Assembly: GCA_963795085.1 (NCBI GenBank)
Contig: CAWCFX010000006.1
Coordinates: 288,001-352,000 of the forward strand
Direction: 5' to 3'
DNA length: 64,000 nt
DNA from: an uncultured Gemmatimonadales bacterium
GTDB lineage: Bacteria; Gemmatimonadota; Gemmatimonadetes; Gemmatimonadales; GWC2-71-9
Below the pieces are notes generated by a model that was given only the letters and a program-made list of their open reading frames with translations, did no database searches and had not been told where the DNA came from. Below are positions 56,676 to 64,000 of this stretch, piece after piece (positions within the stretch are counted from its first letter, which is position 1; each line of letters starts with the position of its first letter). Both the position numbers and the translations under genes were made by a program.

Positions 56676-56676
56676 C
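56636..56676 (+). terminator. Terminator-like hairpin
   Basis: AAGGCGCCATTCACC-TCCG-GGTGGGTGGCGCCTT followed by TCACTT (weak U tract). Confidence 0.6.
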
Positions 56677-56731
56677 CCCCCAGCCAACCGGCCCCCTTGC
56701 CCCCACTTCCCGTCCCGGCCACCATTCCCCC

Positions 56732-58027
56732 ATGCGCCCCTCGTTGCTCTACCGTGCCGGCCTGGCGCTCTCCCGGCCGCTGATCCCGCTGGCCGGGCTG
56801 CTGAGCGCCAAGATCGCACGGGGCCACCGGGCCCGGGCCGGGGCGCTTGGGCGGATGGAGACATGGGGCCGCACCCAGCGCGACCCGTCTCGCCCCCTGG
56901 TCTGGTTTCATGCCCCCTCGGTGGGCGAGGGACTGCAGGCGCGCAGCGTCCTGAGCCGGGTCCGGCTGCGGCATCCCGAGTGGCAGACGGTGTACACCCA
57001 TTTCAGCCCCTCGGCCGAGCGATTCGCCGAGGGCATCGGCGCGGACCTCGCCGATTACCTGCCCTACGACGGCATGTCCGCCGCCCGCCGCCTGCTGGAG
57101 TCGCTGCGGCCCACCGTCCTGGTGTTCACCAAGCTCGACCTGTGGCCGGAACTCGCCACCGCCGCCCGGAACCGCGGGGTGAAGGTGGTGCTCGTCGCGG
57201 GCACCGTGCGGCCGAAAAGCAGCCGGCTGCGCTGGCCGGCCCGGCGGCTCATCCGGCCCGGGTATCGAGCGCTCGATGCGGCCCTGGCCATCGCGGAGGC
57301 CGATGCCAAACGGCTGGTGACGCTGGGGGTGCCGTCCGGGGCGGTGAAAGTGGTGGGCGACCCCCGCTTCGACAGCGTCCTCGACGTGGTCCGGTCGGTC
57401 CCCCCCGATGACCCGATGAAACGGTTCGGGAGAGATGCCGTGACCCTGGTCGCCGGCTCGACCTGGCCGGGCGATGAGGCCGTCCTCCTCGATGCCTATG
57501 CCCGGCTCCGGGTGCACCGGCCGGATGCGCGCCTCATCCTGGTCCCTCACGAGCCGACCACCGCTCACCTGAGCGGGATCGACCGCATGGCCAACCGGGC
57601 CGGCCTGCCGGCACCGGTACGGTTGAGCTCGGCGGGCGGACCGGTCCCCTTCCTGGTGGTGGACCAGGTCGGATCCCTGGCCCGCCTCTATGGCGGCGGG
57701 GCGATGGCATACGTGGGCGGCGGGTTCCACGGCCAGGGGCTCCATTCGGTGCTGGAACCCTCGGCGTGGGGCATTCCCTCGGTGTTCGGCCCGCGATGGA
57801 CGGAAAGCCGGGATGCTTCGCTACTGCTGGAAGCCGGTGGGGCGGAAGCGCTGGCGGAACTGGGGAACTACGAAGCGGCGGAGGCCCTGCAGGCCCTCTG
57901 GGAGGACTGGATCATCAATGAGGTCCGGCGCAAGGCCCAGGGCCGGAAAGCGCTGGCGGTGGTGCAGAGCGGCGCCGGTGCCGCCGACCGCTCCGCCGAC
58001 CTGATCGAGGAGGTCATGCGCCACTAA
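56732..58027 (+). CDS. waaA: 3-deoxy-D-manno-octulosonic acid (Kdo) transferase
   Basis: WFHAPSVGE, YLPYD, LWPE, GDPRFD, AGSTW, VGGGF..HSVLEP. Confidence 0.92.
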   Translation: MRPSLLYRAGLALSRPLIPLAGLLSAKIARGHRARAGALGRMETWGRTQRDPSRPLVWFHAPSVGEGLQARSVLSRVRLRHPEWQTVYTHFSPSAERFAEGIGADLADYLPYDGMSAARRLLESLRPTVLVFTKLDLWPELATAARNRGVKVVLVAGTVRPKSSRLRWPARRLIRPGYRALDAALAIAEADAKRLVTLGVPSGAVKVVGDPRFDSVLDVVRSVPPDDPMKRFGRDAVTLVAGSTWPGDEAVLLDAYARLRVHRPDARLILVPHEPTTAHLSGIDRMANRAGLPAPVRLSSAGGPVPFLVVDQVGSLARLYGGGAMAYVGGGFHGQGLHSVLEPSAWGIPSVFGPRWTESRDASLLLEAGGAEALAELGNYEAAEALQALWEDWIINEVRRKAQGRKALAVVQSGAGAADRSADLIEEVMRH

Positions 58028-58029
58028 CC

Positions 58030-58064
58030 CCCCTCAGTTCTCACCTCTCACTTCTCACTGCTCA
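58030..58064. repeat. Heptamer tandem array (nnnCTCA x5)
   Basis: Fills the gap between convergent stop codons. Confidence 0.75.
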
Positions 58065-58065
58065 C

Positions 58066-58452
58066 CTACTGCACTGCGACTCCCTCGATCGACACGCTCC
58101 TCGGTACCACCAATCCCGCCGTCAGCGCCGTGATCAGGAGGTCGCTCCACCGGCTGCGGATCCTGATCCGTACGTCGGCCAGCGCCGACCGGCCGACCAG
58201 CTGCGAGGCCAGGATCCTGTCCACCGCGGGCTTCTTCAGACTGGCCAGGCCCCAGAGTCCGAACACGGCGTGGGTATTGACGGTGAAGGCCTCGCCCACG
58301 GGACGCTGCCCCGCCGTTGAGGAGAGCGTCACCGGGACGCCTAACGATGTGGCATCAATGGTGGTCGAACAACCGCCCAGCAGCAGGGTCGCGGCCAGGT
58401 ACAGCGCAGGGGCCGGAGAGCTGGTGCTTCCGGCCCGGAAGAGGCGTCGCAT
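58066..58452 (-). CDS. Small lipoprotein (Bor-like)
   Basis: LGGC lipobox, FGLWGL, LTAGLVVPRSVSIEG. Confidence 0.6.
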   Translation of the reverse strand: MRRLFRAGSTSSPAPALYLAATLLLGGCSTTIDATSLGVPVTLSSTAGQRPVGEAFTVNTHAVFGLWGLASLKKPAVDRILASQLVGRSALADVRIRIRSRWSDLLITALTAGLVVPRSVSIEGVAVQ

Positions 58453-58463
58453 GGAGTCCAGGG

Positions 58464-59108
58464 TCAGAGTCCGGGAAGGTTGAGGCCGTAATGCACGCCG
58501 ATGCCAAAGACGCTGACGCTGCTGCCCTCGGACCTGACAACATCGTAGGCGGCATGAAAGCCCAGCCCGCTCAGCAGGTTCAGTTCGACCCCGCCACTGA
58601 TTCCGAATTCGGAATCCGTCTCGGCGTCGATCCCGGTGCCCGACACACGGGCGATATCGATGCGCGGGGCAATCCAGGGCTTGATCCCGATGAGGGTCGT
58701 GGGGATCCGTGCCGAGAAGCTCACCCCGATGGGGAACCGCCAGAGGGAGAGGTCGGAGATCTTGGTCCGGGAGGCTCCCGCCTGGGCCGTCACCGCGAAG
58801 GGGATGAGGGGTCCCCCAAAGAGCTTGAGATTGGCGGTGCCCCCGACAGAGGTCAGGCCGTCGAAGCCATCGGGCGTCCACCGCGACACGCTGGCCGTCA
58901 CGCCCAGCGGGCCCAGGCCCACCTTGCCTGTTGCGCCGAACGCCGTGCCGCCGCCCGCCTCGTCGTTAGGAAACCCGACGTCACCAGCGATGGTGAGGCC
59001 GGTCGAGACCCCGCTGTTGATGACCGGGAGCCCTGGATTCTGGGCCCGGGCGGTGACGCTGTATCCCAGGACCAGCGCACCAAGGACGACGAGGTGGGAA
59101 CGACCCAT
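58464..59108 (-). CDS. Outer-membrane beta-barrel protein
   Basis: Signal peptide ending ARA-Q, alternating amphipathic strands; GGAGG SD. Confidence 0.75.
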   Translation of the reverse strand: MGRSHLVVLGALVLGYSVTARAQNPGLPVINSGVSTGLTIAGDVGFPNDEAGGGTAFGATGKVGLGPLGVTASVSRWTPDGFDGLTSVGGTANLKLFGGPLIPFAVTAQAGASRTKISDLSLWRFPIGVSFSARIPTTLIGIKPWIAPRIDIARVSGTGIDAETDSEFGISGGVELNLLSGLGFHAAYDVVRSEGSSVSVFGIGVHYGLNLPGL

Positions 59109-59151
59109 GCTACCTCCGGGAGGATAGGGAATTGGCTGGGGGAATGTAAAC

Positions 59152-59347
59152 GATTGAGGGAATTGAGGGAATGTTGAAATTGAGGGAATTGAGGGAATGG
59201 GGAAATTGAGGGAATTGAGGGAATGGGGGAATTGAGGGAATTGAGGGAATGGGGGAATTGAGGGAATTGAGGGAATTGGGGTAGTTTCAATTCCAACATT
59301 CCCTCAATTCCCCCATTCCCTCATTTATTCCAACCTTCCCTCAATTT
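59152..59347. repeat. Nonamer array (GAATTGAGG/GAATGGGGG) followed by inverted copies
   Basis: About 14 direct units at 59152-59281, inverted units at 59287-59347. Confidence 0.92.
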
Positions 59348-59348
59348 A

Positions 59349-59955
59349 CTACCTCGTAAAGCTCACCCCCAGGCTGATCCCGTCGTAGTCGCCCAGGCCG
59401 GCCCCCAGCCGGGCATCGAGCCGGGGGCTGAACTGGATGTCAACGCCCAGTCCGAGGCCGAACTGGATGTCGTCCTGGGTGTCCCCGAAGGTCGGAACCA
59501 GCACCGGCTCGAAGTACGGGACGAAGGTAGTCTTGGTGCCTTCCAGGTTGATCCGGCGTCCCAGGCTGAACCCGATGGGAATCAAACCGATGGAGGCGTC
59601 GCTGGCGAATACGCCGCCGATTCCTATGGTGAGGGCGCCGTCGAGCGGGAAGACTTCGGTGGCCCGGAGCACCCGCATCCGGACATCGATGCCGGTGATG
59701 AAGAAGGTGGTGCCGGGCCCGTTGGGGGTATCGGCATCGTTGTCGCCGATCCCGGCCCGAAAGCCGAAGTCGAGGGGACCCCGCCCGGCCCGATACATCC
59801 CTTCGAGGGTGAACCCGGGACCGGGGTCGGTGAAGAATATCCCCAGCTCCGTGGTGCGGAATGCCTTGACCGGCGCAAGAAAAACCGGCGTGCCGGTTGT
59901 CTGAGCCTGAGCGCCAGACGCGGCCACGCCGGTCATGATAAGCAATAGACTGAGC

Positions 59956-59966
<11 letters not shown>
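59349..59966 (-). CDS. Outer-membrane beta-barrel protein
   Basis: Signal peptide ending AQA-Q, amphipathic strands, near-terminal Phe; start overlaps the atpC end. Confidence 0.75.

Positions 59967-64000
<4,034 letters not shown>

Noticed and set aside
58898..59299. ORF with PQFPQF/NSLNSL repeats
   Set aside because: Translation of the nonamer array, overlapping a real gene

Overview
High-GC bacterial chromosomal window. Gene content and style suggest Gemmatimonadota, but this is inference. It is densely coding and mostly housekeeping or envelope genes: cydAB, a POT peptide transporter, a hybrid histidine kinase followed by GT4/GT2/DUF3108/deoxyhypusine-synthase-like genes, a ThiO-like oxidase, a DUF4331-DUF4331-TPR-HupE/UreJ-DUF6702-ECF sigma/RskA cluster, lipA-pdhABC-lpdA-lipB, a GGDEF cyclase, several peptidases, a K+ channel, a Mesh1-like HD protein, dnaE-accA-ricT-metG, a TPM-nucleotidyltransferase-lemA-DUF2156 operon, waaA, and the distal atp operon (atpA partial, atpG, atpD, atpC) followed by two beta-barrel genes. 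No rRNA, tRNA, CRISPR array, transposase or integrase was seen. The most unusual signals are non-genic: (i) a self-contained ~200-nt transcription unit at ~56436-56675 with a sigma70 promoter, a 14-nt perfect complement of the 16S 3' end held in a GNRA hairpin, a 20-codon ORF and a terminator-like stem, all flanked by perfect 14-bp inverted repeats; (ii) a 133-bp hairpin-rich tandem triplication ending in a candidate structured leader upstream of lpdA; (iii) at least seven intergenic 7-mer/9-mer tandem arrays, several with inverted partners, that overlap stop or start codons; (iv) an HD hydrolase gene apparently starting at ATT. Family names come from motif recognition only; no database searches were run.
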